From the NCBI RefSeq assembly GCF_004010195.1, contig NC_057719.1, forward strand, positions 31,732,883 to 31,796,882: a stretch of DNA of 64,000 nucleotides. The letters are read 5' to 3'. Made by a program: the position numbers and the translations under genes. The DNA is from Chiloscyllium plagiosum (Eukaryota). Shown in pieces: positions 13,650 to 26,768 of the stretch. The notes beneath the pieces were generated by a model, which searched no databases, was not told the DNA's origin, and was given only the letters and a program-made list of their open reading frames with translations. The stretch's first letter is position 1, and each line of letters begins with the position of its first letter.

Positions 13650-13990
13650 TCTATGCCCTGTCATTTTAAAAGTTCAGATGTTTCTTGAATGCTATGAGAA
13701 TACCAGCCATCACCTACTCTTAGGCAGCACGTTCCATATTTCTACCACCATCTGGGTAAACATTTTTCTTAGACCCCCTCTAAACCATTTACTCCTCATC
13801 TTATGCCCCCTTGTCTTTGACATATTTACCATGTGAAAGATTCTCATGATTTACTCTATGTCTCTCATTGTAACCTTAATCCAAACCCCCTCTCAGCCTC
13901 CTCTGCTCCAAGGAAAACAAACTCAGCCTATCATTTCTCTCCTCATTACTGAGACTTTTTATCCCAGGACAACATCCTGGTGAATCTCTA
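13650..13990 (-). mobile_element. Old CR1 3' fragment
   Basis: cagcctcctctgctccaaggaaaacaaactcagcc, caacatcctggtgaatct, ggcagcacgttccat match the antisense of CR1 3' ends elsewhere in the window. Confidence 0.7.
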
Positions 13991-15314
13991 CTGCAGTTTT
14001 ACATAGATCTCGTTGTACTACGCTATTCTCCTATATTGTTTCCATTTTATTATGTGGAATGCCAGAAGGGACACAATGCAAATAAAATAAGTACTCCAGG
14101 ATTGATTTTTTCAAAGTATCCTGGTGTGTTTGAATGAATGAATTTCCTTCAATAAAAGAAAACAACTTCTGCTCAGTGACAGTAATTATATTTAAGATAA
14201 TCTTGTGATTGTTGGCTTTCAAATTGAGTTGCCCTGGGCACAGAATTACTGTTCAGGTGTTCATTGTTACTGTCAACATATATAAGATATAGCTACTTGG
14301 TTGAAAACTATGGACAACACAAAGCGTTAGGATCATTGAACTATTGTGTTTCATTTACTAGCCTACTAGCCTTGGAACTAATGTAAAGATGGCTGCCCTG
14401 ACCAGGAATCTAGCAGTGTTATAATCTGTCTATAATGAAATGTCATTTGACTCACTATTCCAAATCTATGTAGCAGCAAAATATGTATTTTCATGTCACT
14501 GAGCCTGAAAAATGCTGTATGGATATTATAACAAATCCAATATTTTTTTTTATAACAGTATATAATAAATGAAGAGTGAGGCCAATGAATGAAATGGAAC
14601 ATCAGTCAATATTCTTGTGTAATGAAGCTCTGGTACATGATTGAATAGGTTCTACAGTGGAATAGGGGCAAAGGACTGATGAAAACATGGTTTGAATGCA
14701 CAGTGCTTTATTTAAATATTCTATTTCACATTGAAAGTGTTTAGTTATGAGCACTCATAGATAATACATAACATTAAGCAAACTTCATTCATTACATTAT
14801 GTTTTATTGTACATTTTTTGGTGAATTGAATAATTTGATAAATTATTTTGTTTCTTGGTTTTCTGTTTCTGTCAGGTGCAAAGAATTTTGAGGGTGTACT
14901 TGTCAGAACTTAAAAAGCACAGTCCACCACCTTTCGTTCTGCTGACATTAGTTTTAACTATTTAGTCGCTGTTAGTTGTCATTTATAATGGCTACTAGTT
15001 GACCAACCAAAATCTTAGACGGTATTCTGATAATTATAAATAATTACCATGCTAACTCTTAACAAAATTTCTACAAAACAAAGAGGCAAAGTGGAATGTG
15101 TCAATAAATAATTAGCTTCAGAGGCTATAGCTTTAATGTATTATGAAAAATAAAATTTCAAATTTGAATATAATTAATTTTGTGGTCTAAAAATAACTGT
15201 AATCTCTTAAATAAATTCGAGTGAATAGAGAATGCATTGATAAGTAGGATTTACTGAAAAGCTATGGGAATGTTAATGAATGCTAATGTGGTTCAGTCTT
15301 GATTACCTTCACAG

Positions 15315-15630
15315 AGGTGAATCTAAACAATGCTAACAAGAGGTTTAAGGTTTAATGTGGGGGAGAAAGGTTTAAGGTGAGAAGTGGAAAGTTTAAAGGA
15401 GATGTGCAAGGAAAGTTTGTTTTCAACAGAGGGTGGTAGGTACCTGGAACATACTGGCAGGGGAGGTGGTAGAAGCAGATACAATAGCAAAGTTTAAATG
15501 CACTTAGGAAGAGAATAGTGGGATACAGACCATGAGAGGCAAACGAGATTAGTTGAGAATAACATTATGGTCAGCACAGGTGTGGTGGGTCGAAGGGTCT
15601 ATTCCTGTGTTGTACTGTTCCATCTTCTGT
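15315..15630 (+). mobile_element. CR1 3' end
   Basis: gagggtggtaggtacctggaac...ggaggtggtagaagcag...gggtcgaagggtctattcctgtgttgtactgttc. Confidence 0.75.
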
Positions 15631-15994
15631 GCTGCATGAGACACAAGTGATAGTTGTTCACCTGGAACTCATCAGGTCAGGGATGCAAGAAACAGACGTG
15701 AAAAAGGGGATGCCAATTTAAACAACATGACTCTTCATATTGAACTCAAAGATTTACGATGTTTCTTTCTCCATAAATGCTACCAGACATGTCAAGTTTC
15801 TGGTTACAGTTCAGATTTCCAGCATTTGCTGCACTTTGATTTTATTTTACTTCTCGTTTGTCTGCTTTTTTGCATCCTCGTTCTGATAAAAGTGCACCCT
15901 TTCCATAAAGTTCAGCTTCTGTGCGACAAAGAAGTGGATCTGTCTATATATCTGTCTATTTACCCGTGCATGCCTGTCATGTAGGAAATAGTAA

Positions 15995-16265
15995 CAAAGT
16001 AGTTATGTTACCAAATCTATCTAGAGACATATGTCCAATGCCCACCAAGACATATCTACTTAAAATTTTATTAATTATATGAATTTGGAATCATAAGCTG
16101 ATAACAATAATGGGATCATGAAACTATTGGACTGTTATAAAACAATCTGGTTCACAAATGTCCTTTATGTAAGGAAACCTGCTGCCCTTACCCAGTCTGG
16201 TTGATAACCCGCATCTCGAATCACAGCTTTTAAAGTCTTGTGAAATGAGCTAGCAAGTTGTACAA
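15995..16265 (+). mobile_element. Degenerate tRNA-SINE-like head/core (same family as 19755-20100)
   Basis: catgaaactattgg...tctggttcacaaatgtcctttatgtaaggaaacctgctgcccttacccagtctgg aligns by eye to the reverse complement of 19870-19960. Confidence 0.6.
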
Positions 16266-16482
16266 AATTACTATGACTGCATCCTGCTCACTCTTGTCTC
16301 AAAACTAGGAGGTCATTCCCATAACCTAACATAATAACCTAACATTGACACGTTGGCAGAATAATGCCTTTCAGGTCTTACTTACATTCCTTCATCATTA
16401 TTCCTGGGTCTGTACTATTCCAGTTGCAGGAGGAATTGGCTCTAGGAGTCGTCAACACTGATTCTGGACCCTATGAATCTAA

Positions 16483-16692
16483 GGTTGAGAGTGTGGTGCT
16501 CGAAAAGCACAGCAAGTCAGGCAACATCCAAGGAGCAGGAGAATCAACATTTCGGGCATAAGCCCTTCATCAGGTATGGCTTATGCCCGAAATGTCAATT
16601 CTCCTGCTTCTCAGATGCTGCCTGACCCACTGTGCTTTTCCAGCACCACACTCTCGACTCTGATCTCCAGCATCTGCAGTCCTTACTTTCTA
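16483..16692. mobile_element. Fold-back PLE pLTR insert, family A
   Basis: Inverted arms; 13-bp TSD cctatgaatctaa at 16470-16482 and 16693-16705. Confidence 0.9.
16544..16574 (-). ncRNA. Minimal hammerhead ribozyme motif (CpG-decayed stem III)
   Basis: c-CTGATGA-a-GGGC ttat GCCC-GAAA-TG-TT-ga on the minus strand. Confidence 0.6.
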
Positions 16693-17957
16693 CCTATGAA
16701 TCTAATATCAGTCAAATATTGGCAAGGAAATCTCCTGCTCATTGACACTTTACGATCTTCCTCAGCTGATGAATCAGTATTCCTCCATATTGAACACCAT
16801 TTGAAGAAACACTGACAGCAGCATGGTATTCCCAATGGCATACTTCAATGTCCATAACCAAGAACAACTTCGCTGACTAAGCTGGCTGAGTGCCTGAAGG
16901 TCAGAACCTTTAGACTGAGCTTACTACAAGCAGGGAGATAACCAGCATTAGGTTCCATTTGGGATATTGCTAATTAATGATTTCAGGACAAGAGATATGA
17001 ACTAGTTCCCCTTTTCATTTAAGCTCCCTTCCAGAGTTCCCTTGAATTTTTTTTAATAGTTCCACTGATCTGTGAGGCCTTGTGTTGCAGTGATGAGAAG
17101 TCAGTGCCATGTTTGGCATCTATCGTTGTGTGCGGAACATTGGAGTAGCTTCACACAGCTTTGAGGGAATACTAATCACTTCCCATTTGGGAATATTTCT
17201 CCTAAATGAACTTACATTATAAAATGAATTAATTTAACTAAGCTTTATTGAATTAATAAATAATAAGTTTATTAATTAATAAACCTGAGAAGAATTAGTA
17301 ATGCAACACATATAGATCAGAAGCAAGAGGTGAGTGCAGAAAGATAAATGTTTATGAAAAAAGAATCAGTCTCTGAATTGCCCGTGGAGAGTGGATAATT
17401 GAATATTGTGGCTATTATAGTGAACTTTACCAATTTCATTGACATTGGCAGGTTAACAGACTATTTCAAGATTCTTAATTTTGCAGTTTGTTTAAGATTC
17501 TGTTGTTCTGATTTCTTTCAACCATGACCGAATTCCAGGTGAGAGATGGTCCTATTGCTCTTCTGTTTCCTTTGTCTGGCATTGCTAGCTGATCAGCTGC
17601 TAGCACTCATAGTGAGAGAGACCCTTTTATCAGCAACATAGGGGTGTATAGGGGATAGTCTATGACTCAAAGGGAAAATAGACAATGTGCCTGTAGTTTG
17701 TGCCATAATCTGCTGGGGGTGGCTTGCTGTGAGCAGATGGCCATCAGTCTTTTGTTATCTTTGTGGTCACAGAGTTGACAGTCCAGTCTATTTGACTTTC
17801 CTTTCTCCTTCTTCAAAAGTTGTTGTTTAAAGTTCCCTTTGCATCTTTAAGTGTGAGGATATAATTAGCTAGTGAACAACCACTTGATTTATATCAGCAG
17901 CCAATTTTCACTGTATCAGCCATCTTTTACAAAAATACACTTGGAAGTACAAGTTGA

Positions 17958-18072
17958 AAATGCGGGGAGAATGCGGGTAAGTGGAGTTGAAATGCTCATC
18001 AGCCATGATTGAATGGCGGAGTGGACTCGATGGGCTGAATGGCCTTACTTCCGCTCCTATGTCTATGGTCTA
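17958..18072 (+). mobile_element. Short CR1 3' UTR fragment
   Basis: cagccatgattgaatggcggagtggactcgatgggctgaatggccttacttccgctcctatgtctatggtct tail. Confidence 0.65.
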
Positions 18073-19123
18073 AAATATCCATTGTACTTTGGATTCTGAT
18101 CTGTGCTCACGACATTATTGGACTTCATCCGAACCAACCATCTGTCACAGATGTGTCTGTCATGATGGCGTTGTTAGGACAGACACATGTGGAGACAATA
18201 CCCTATACTCACATTCAACACACTTTCCACTGTGTTTTGTGGCACTAATACCATACTAAATAGAATAAATTCAGAAAGAAATCCGATAGCTGAAACTGAA
18301 ATAAGATGAGAAGCTGCGGCCTATCAGGAGTAGCAGAATTTTATAACCTTGCCTTGGGATATCTGAATAATATAAGTTACCTGTATCTTATATGTTTACT
18401 TCAGCAATGCTCTTTTTGACAGGGAGCAGTGTTTAAAGAATTACGGCAATGGGAACAACATTCCTTTGACAATACATTTTACAATTGTAGCAGTCCATTC
18501 CAATTTGCAAATGCAATGTGGTGAATTCATATTGACTTTTCAACAAATGACTTTTCATTGATACACTGTTGGCTGACTGCTTTGGTAATGACAGTTTCTT
18601 CAGCCATATTGGGTGCCAATAAGGCAACTTACACTAGGTTGCCTTACACTGCAGCTCCCTGTCCATTACTCAGTAAACAAAGTTTAGATGTTCCAATCAA
18701 GGTTCAGTGACTCTCTGTTCTCTTTAATGATAAGGTACCTGTGAGGAGCTACCTTGGAATATGCAACACCTGTTGTCGAATTATGCCCACTCATTTGGTT
18801 TAAACATAAGTGAGCTAGTTCCATACAGAAAATGTTAATAAACTTCTAATAATTAACCACTCTAATGAAACTCATTCCGAAGACATGGTCGTTCATCAGT
18901 CTAATATGTCATGTACTCATAAAATATGTCATGAGGGCCGATCCTATATAAAGCAGCTGATCACTTGTGAAATATCGTGTTTTATCATCACACATAATGT
19001 GGCACACAAATCCAGCACGATTGTTGTCTCAAGAAGATTGTTAGATGTTGAGCTCTTTATAACAAGCACTTTATCCCTCTGATCAATGGCATGTTTATTT
19101 ATTTATTTAATATATTTATTTAA

Positions 19124-19322
19124 CTTAGGGTGTCGGTTTACTCGCTGAGCTGTAGGCTTGATATCCAGATGTTTCATTGCCTGGCTAGGTAACATCATCA
19201 GTGGCGACCTCCAAGTGAAGCGAAGCTGTTGTCTCCTGCTTTCTATTTATATCTTTCTCCTGGATGGGGGTCCACAAACACCCTAAACCTCAACCTGAGC
19301 TACAAACCTTCACAAACCTTGC
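19124..19322. mobile_element. Fold-back PLE pLTR insert, family C
   Basis: 12-bp TSD atatttatttaa at 19112-19123 and 19323-19334; shares ctcgctgagctg, ctaggtaacatcatcagtg and the gctacaaa tail with 61260-61937. Confidence 0.8.
19165..19204 (-). ncRNA. Minimal hammerhead ribozyme motif
   Basis: cca-CTGATGA-t-gttacct agcc aggcaat-GAAA-CA-TC-tgg; 3-bp stem I. Confidence 0.6.
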
Positions 19323-19744
19323 ATATTTATTTAATTTGTTGGCACTTGTCCCTAGGTACAATATAAAGTGGATAATGTTGCCACATTCCAGTGCCATCTT
19401 GGATATGTTGGTTTCGCTGGTTTGCCCATCACAGATGATGTGTAGTATAGTGTAGTGGTTGGTCTTGCCAAACAATAAATTTCTTTGCTTGAGGAAACTT
19501 CACTGAAGCATACCATTCCATTGCATGTAGTGGTCTCTGTGTTGTTGAGTATGCAGACCCTTGTGAAGGTTCAGAGGTTCAGCAGCCAGCTGGGAAGCAG
19601 GTGAAAGCTCTGCATCACATCTTTTACGCAGACCTGCTGCATCTTGCTATAAAGGCACTTGGTGGGCTAGCCATGTTCCTCCATTGGGATCAAGAAACCT
19701 TGTGGCAGAAGTCCTGCTTGCTGAAAGTTGCTGGTCAATCAGAG

Positions 19745-20100
19745 ATTTTTTTTTCTTATTCATTCACGGGATGAGGGCATCGCTGGCTGGGCCAGCATTT
19801 ATTGTCCATCCCTAATTGCCCAGAGGGCAGTTGAGAGTCAATCACATTGCTGTGGTTTGGAGTCACATGTAGGTCAGACCCGGTAAGAATGGCAGTTTCC
19901 TTCCCTAAAGGGCATAAGTGAACCAGATGGGCTTTTTCAACAATAGATTCATGGTCATTATTAGACATTTAATTCCAGCTTTTTATTGAATTGAAATTCC
20001 AGCATCTGCCATGTCAGGATTTGAACCCAGGTCTCCAGACCATTATCTGGGTCTCTGGATTTACAGTCTGGCGATAATAACACTAGGCCATTGCCTCCCC
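19745..20100 (-). mobile_element. tRNA-derived SINE with L2/CR1-group LINE tail
   Basis: Box A-like tggcctagtgtt, box B ggttcaaatcc; tail aataaatgctggcccagccagcgatgccctcatcccgtgaatgaataagaaaaaaa resembles the LINE 3' end at 46755-46807. Confidence 0.8.
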
Positions 20101-20859
20101 ACGGTAGCTCTTCAGTACTCAACTGTGCCACTGGAAAGGTGGAGGCTGCTGCTAGTACAACACACTGCTCAGGCCTCAAGATCCCAAGGGACCCAGGCAC
20201 CAGGTGGAGGAAAATGGGATGTGGAGTGGGGGCAGTGGCAGAGAGATTCAGCAGCAAGGGCAATCATGTAGCTCTCAGTGAGCCACCCATTACTCAGTGC
20301 TAATTCTTTAACTAAGTACCATTGAAGAAAAGATCCTCCTCCTCCACTAGAGTCCACAAGCAGCTATCCATAGGCCTTTCTACTCTTAATGAACACAAAT
20401 CTTTGCCCGTACTTGACAGGTAAAGATTTCAGCTGCCGATCTTTCCTGAAAGTACTGGTGTTGTTTAGACTATCCTCATGTTATGCACTTTACGTTCTGT
20501 GTCTATAACAGCAGCTCAGGTACGACTGTCAAATTCTCAGAACTCAGTGCAATTTGACACTTCATGATAAGTGCATTCAGATGTGCTGAGGTTTGAAATA
20601 ATGATCAGAAGACGTTGACATGCTTGTGAATTGTGCTACAATGTGGCTAAAGAATGTGATGATTGTTACTTTTCAGTGTAAGATTTTGTGTTGGCTAGAC
20701 CCATGAACCCCTTGGCTCCCCTGTGAGAAGCTAAGAATAGCTGTTACACAAGCCAAAATTTCCCCTTGGACAACCGTTGGTGGTGATTCCCACGCAGAAA
20801 ATTACTGGATTTGAGAAGCTAGTCATCATTCTTATCCATTCTTTTTCTTACATGCTGAC

Positions 20860-23244
20860 AGGAATTTGTTAAGTCTGTACAAGACAATTTTCTGATTCAG
20901 TATGTGGATGTACTGACTAGAGAAGGTGCAAAACTTGACCTACTCTTGGGAAATAAGGCAGGGCAGGTGACTGAGGTATCAGTGGGGGAGCACTTTGGGG
21001 CCAGCGACCATAATTCTATTAGATTTAAAATAATGATGGAAAAGGATAGACCATATCTAAAAGTTGAAGTTCTAAATTGAAGAAAGACCAATTTTGACGG
21101 TATTAGGCAAGACATTTCGAAAGCTGATTGGAGGCAGATGTTCACAGGTAAAGGGATGGCTGGAAATGAGAAGGCTTTCAGAAATGACATAACGAGAATC
21201 CAGAGAAAGTATATTCCTGTTAGGGTGAAAGGAAAGGCTGGTAGGTATAGGGAATGCTAGATGATGAAAGAAATTGAGGGTTTGGTTAGAAAAGGGTTAA
21301 AAGGCGACACGGTGGCACAGTGGTTAGCACTGCTGCCTCACAGTGCCAGAGACCCAGGTTCAATTCCCACCTCAGGCAACTGTCTGTGTGGAGTTTGCAC
21401 ATTCTCCCCGTGTCTTCCACAGTTCAAACATGTGCAGGTTAGGTGAATTGGCCATGCTAAATTGGCCGTAGTGTTAGGTGAAAGGGTAAATGGAGGGGAA
21501 TTGGTCAGGGTGGTTGCTCTTCGGAGGGTTGGTGTGGACTTGTTGGGCCTGTTTCCACACTGTAAGCAATCTAATCTAAAAGAAGGAAGCATATGCAAGG
21601 TATAGACAGGATAGATCGAGTGAATCCTTAGAAGAGTATAAAGGAAGTAGGAGTATACTTAAGAGGGAAATCAGGAGGGCAAAAAGGGGACATGAGATAG
21701 CTTTGGCAAATAGAATTAAGGAGAATCAAAAGACTTTTTACATTAAGGACAAAAGGGCAACTATGGAGAGAATTGGGCCCCTCAAAGATCAGCAAGGTGG
21801 CCTTTGTGTGGAGCTGCAGAAAATGGGGGAGTTACTAAATGAGTATTTTGCATCAGTATTTACTGTGGAAAAGGACATGGAAGATGTAGATTGTAGGGAA
21901 ATAGATGGTGGCATCTTGCAAAATGTCCAGATTACAGAGGAGGAAGTGCTGGATGTCTTGAAAGTAGATAAAGGACCTGATCAGGTGTACCCTGAGAAAT
22001 CTGTGGGAAGCTAGATACGTGATTGCTGGGCCTCTTGCTGAGATATTTGTATCATCGATAGTCACAGGTGAGGTGCCGGAAGACTGGAGGTTGGCTAACG
22101 TGGTGCCACTGTTTAAGAAGTGTGGTAAGGACAAGCCAGGGAATTATAGACCAGTGAGCCTGACGTTGCTGGTGGGCAAGTTGTTGAAGGGAATCCTGAG
22201 GGACAGGATGGACATGTATTTGGAAAGGCAAGGACTGATTAGGGATAGTCAACATGGCTTTGTGTGTGCGAAATCATGTCTCACAAACTTAATTGAGTTT
22301 TTTGAGGAAGTAACAAAGAGGGTAGAGTGGTAGATGTGATCTATATGGACTCCAGTAAGGCGTTCGACAAGGTTCCCCATGGGAGACTGATTAGCAAGGT
22401 TAGATCTCACGGAATACAGGGAGAACTGGCCATTTGGATACAGAACTGGCTCAAAGGTAGAAGACAGAGGGTGTGGTGGAGGGTTGTTTTTCAGACTGGA
22501 GGCCTGTGACCAGTGGAGTGCCACAAGGATCAGTGCTGGGCCCTCTACTTTTCGTCATTTATATAAATGATTTGGATGCGAGCATAAGAGGTACAGTTAG
22601 TAAGTTTTCTGATAATACCAAAATTGGAGGTGTAGTGGACAGCGAAGAAGGTTACGTCAGATTACAACAGGATCTTGATAGGCCACTGTTAGAATAATGC
22701 ATGCAATTCTGGTCTCCTTCCTATCGGAAAGATGTTGTGAAACTTGAAAGGGTTCAGAAAAGATTTACAAGGATGTTACCAGGGTTGGAGGATTTGAGCT
22801 ATAGGGAGAGGCTGAACAGGCTGGGGCTGTTTTCCCTGGAGCGTCGGAGGCTGAGGGGTGACTTTATGGAGGTTGACAAAATTATGAGGGACATGGATAG
22901 GGTAAATAGGCAAAGTCTTTTCCCTGTGGTTGGGGAGTCCAGAACTAGAGGGCATAGGTTGAGGGTGAGAGGGGAAAGATATAAAAGAGACCTATAGGGC
23001 AACTTTTCCACGCAGAAGGTGGTACATGTATGGAATGAGCTGCCAGGGGAAGTGGTGGAGGCTGGTACAAATACAACATTTAAGAGGCATTTGGATAGGT
23101 ATATGAATAGGAAGGGTTTGGAGAGATATAGGCCGGGTGCTGGCAGGTGGGACTAGATTGGGTTGGGATATCTGGTCGGCATGGATGGGTTGAACCGAAG
23201 GGTCTGTTTCCATGTTGTACATCTCTATGACTCTATGACTCTAT
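20860..23244 (+). mobile_element. CR1 LINE, 5'-truncated, with internal deletion and nested HE1 SINE
   Basis: APE end, [28 protein letters not shown], (ctctatga)n tail at 23223-23244; jump in RT at about 22680. Confidence 0.95.
21303..21578 (+). mobile_element. HE1-type V-SINE nested in CR1
   Basis: ggcgacacggtggcacagtggttagcactgctgcctcacag...ggttcaattccc...aatctaatct; the host CR1 resumes as in 58101-58130. Confidence 0.92.
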
Positions 23245-26200
23245 CTGATTGGGTCAGTTCCTCTGACAATGTAGTCCATCATTGTTAAATGTAATTTGTT
23301 TCTTCTTCTTTCCTATTTCATCCAAACAGACTGCTGACATGGGTCGAGACTTGAGCTGAGTGACCTGTTCTTCGAGAACGCCAAGCCACCCATAACACAA
23401 TTCTAACACATGCTGATCAATTAACTTGCCAGGGATTATGATGGGCTTGAGGTTCAGCTCCTTGTGATCTTTGGGAAAGTGAGGTTACGGGATTAATTTA
23501 GTGTCAGTTCCGTATTGTGCTGCCTGTCATGGAATGCTGCCACTATCACCTCTTGGAAACCTGCTGACCCACATATGTGAAACTGAGTATTTTTATGTTT
23601 TATTATTCACATAACTTGTAATTACGCAACATTGTGAAAGGGAAACTTCAATAGATGGAGTTGGTGCTTATTTGCTTATACTGAAAGGTGAAAGAGGTCC
23701 TGCTGCACATTTAGTCCACATTGAGTCAGATTTGATGCAAACTAAAGCTGCCAAAATGAATCAGTCACATTACTGTTCCTCAGTGCTAACCTTTGAGGAG
23801 TATTCTCTACTGCCTTCTTTCCTCTGATAACAAGGATACTTACAACATTTAGTGTGTGTTAAACTGTCACCAGTTTTGTACTATGGCTATCTGGGTCATA
23901 ACTATTAAAAGACATGCCTGATGCCAGACTCAAATACTTTAATCTTTCAGGTCTGGAGTTCAAACCAGAGTGAAAGACAGCAGAGCTGTCTATTGTAATA
24001 CATGATTTCCTCCTACACACTTTCAATGGATTGTTTTTTTTCCCACTGTTTCAGTATTGGAGTGGCCTAAGTGAGATTACAATAAGATTAAGACTTCACT
24101 TTGCAGCCCTAATGCTTGGTCGCTTAGCTGTACAATGAATGGCTGCCAGTTATTGGTTACAAATATGAAGTGGTTGACCATTAATGTCAGGGTGAAGAAG
24201 TAAAAACATCGTTTCAGTTGACTTTCTGCAGGCCATTCACTAAATTGAAATATCATTCCAGTGAATTGATACATTCTCTTTATGGGAAAACATCATTTTC
24301 TTAATGTTGCAGTTTGAAGGGTATAATCAACTTATAATGCACTATAAATACAACTCTGTAAGTTTGTAACAATGGTGGAAGGCAAACAGCCATACAGAAT
24401 GAACAGCTTTGTGAAAATTATTTTCCATTTTTAAAATCTAAATAATTCATTTTCAAATAGGAGTACATGAAAGTCTTAACTATGTTGTTAGCTTGCAAAA
24501 TTTTACTGACTAGATTGTAACACAAATTAAAAAATTCACAAATAGGTTTACCACATACATGGATACTGTCTATACATGTATTAAGTGTTATTGGATCAAA
24601 GTTTACACAGTTTAGATGCAGAGTAAGATGTTTACAAACCTTTGCTAAAATATATAATTTCTGCAACACTCAATTTTAAAAGGGGAAGAATTGAATTTGC
24701 CTTTAAATGTTTCAAATATTCAATACATCATAAGTAAATTCATTTGCAATGTTTTTTCGAACAAAAACAAATTTAATCAGATTTTTACTAATTGTTTTAT
24801 AACTTGAAAACGCACACAAGCATGGATATTTTCAATAAACATTCAAGCAGAGTATAATTAGATTTTAACAATAATTCATTAATTTCAAGATGAATGTGAA
24901 TTGTAAATAAAATGTTGTCAAATAAAAATTAATGGTCCAGTTCGCCCAATGGGACATTTTTAGTTGTGAACGATAAATTTCTTTTTTGCACTCTGTTTTA
25001 TAAGAATTTGTAACTTACAAGTACTTTGAAAATTTGTAGATCAGTTTGCCTGCTTTTGGAAAGGAATTTATGAGATTAGAACCAATAAAATAATAGAAAG
25101 AAAATCAGTGGCTATTTGTTGTACTTTGTTTCATGTATTCTGTTCTTAAATCAGTTTAAAGAAGGTGAGCAGCATTACCATTGCATCATTATAAACTGCC
25201 TGACTTTAGAGTTAGAACATGCTGTTTTCCAAATTGCTTTCATTCTTACCCGCGGAGAGAACCACCAGCTGTTAATATGCATCAATGTTTTGCACTTCTT
25301 TGTTAGGTCTGTAGTGTTACTCGATGTCCAATTTAAAACACAAACAAAAGATGCAACCCCAAGCATTGTTCATTTTGAACAAATCATCTATGCATGTTTA
25401 ATAAAATAGCTGTTTGTTTTCAGAGCAGCTAGAAATAATTGGTAAGGCATGTCTCTGATGTTTAACTGTTTGCCTACTGTTACTTCACGGGCCCAAGGGC
25501 ATGCCAATGTGTGGAGCAGGATTAAGCAATATTTTAAATGGAGATTAAAGGCACACGAGGGTCTCACCCACCTTTGGAAAATGGGTGAGGAACCACTGTC
25601 AGTTCCCTAGGAAAGGCCGAATGCATTAAAGTTCCCATCAGGCACTTAATTGGCTACTGTTGTGCCTGCCTTGTGATTGAGGATCTCGGGAATATAAATT
25701 ACCCTTTGAGAGCTGCCAGTCACTTAGAGTCACTTAGAGACCAGTAGCTCTTCGTTGCTATCAGTGCCATCTGTAGAGGAGGTAGCTATCATTAGCGCAC
25801 CCACCAGAGGGGTCGAGGACTTACAAGGGACTGTAGTACAAAGCTAGGTGAGGCATGATAGGGATTGTATGAGGGAGGTCACAGGAGGTGGTGGAAGGAG
25901 GAGTCAGAGACAAGAATAGGGTGTGAATGTCATCGGTCACTTGTTTGTGATGCTGAGTCACTCGGTCAGACACTGCATTCCTTTCAATGGGGGGGGCCGT
26001 CATGGAGGCTGCTGGTATACATATATGACAGGATTTGATGGGTGGCCAGTGGGAGGCTTGGAAACAGTACTCATTTAATTCCCAAGCTACCCCTACTTTG
26101 CATGGGGTCAAGAATAATTGGTATCACTTAACCCATTAATGAGATTAATTGACACATTTCATCAGTGGGTAGAATTCTTGTATTGGGCCCTTCACTCTCC

Positions 26201-26768
26201 TTAGTTTGGTATAGTTGTCCCTAACTTGGGAAACATATATAGGTACATCCTCCCAATTTTCACATCATCCCAGTACTGGAACGCTCCAATAAATTCTACC
26301 CAATTATCCATTGAAGGAAAGCAACAATTTTATATTATTGCTGGCTGATATGTTTGGCTCATATACCTGATCTCCACCTAAAGTTCGAGTCGGTGGCTTC
26401 TGTGTCCTGGGAATGACTACCTAAAGCCATAACTAAAGGTGACTTGAATACGCTGATCATGGGCCAAACACCAATTGGCCTCAATGATGGATTTTCTCAT
26501 CGCTTAAATGAACAAATGTTCAGAAAAATAGGAAAAACATGAAGAAAAAGACTATATTAAAGTATAGATTTATACTGCCTTATGTGTGCCATTAGATCCA
26601 GTCTTGACTGGCTTAACCAATTGCAAATATGGCTGATGAAGTCAGTATTGGAGGGATGGATGGAAACATTCTGAATTGTTCTGAAGAATCTTGACTTTGT
26701 TCTACTCAAATGTCAAAATCACTTGGCAACAGGGTCTTGGCCATTTGGCTCTATTGTTTTGCCATGTA

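Larger units (their letters stand above)
16320..16900 (+). mobile_element. L2/CR1-group LINE APE endonuclease fragment, interrupted by a PLE insert
   Basis: LALGVVNTDSGPYES | QGNLLLIDTLRSSSADESVFLHIEHHL ... FNVHNQE (GDFN-like motif). Confidence 0.6.

Noticed and set aside
14876..14965. Plus-strand acceptor tttctgtttctgtcag
   Set aside because: No convincing donor before stops in all three frames.
26167..26301. 10-bp inverted repeat gggtagaatt / aattctaccc as a Harbinger-like MITE
   Set aside because: No TSD visible and too short to support.
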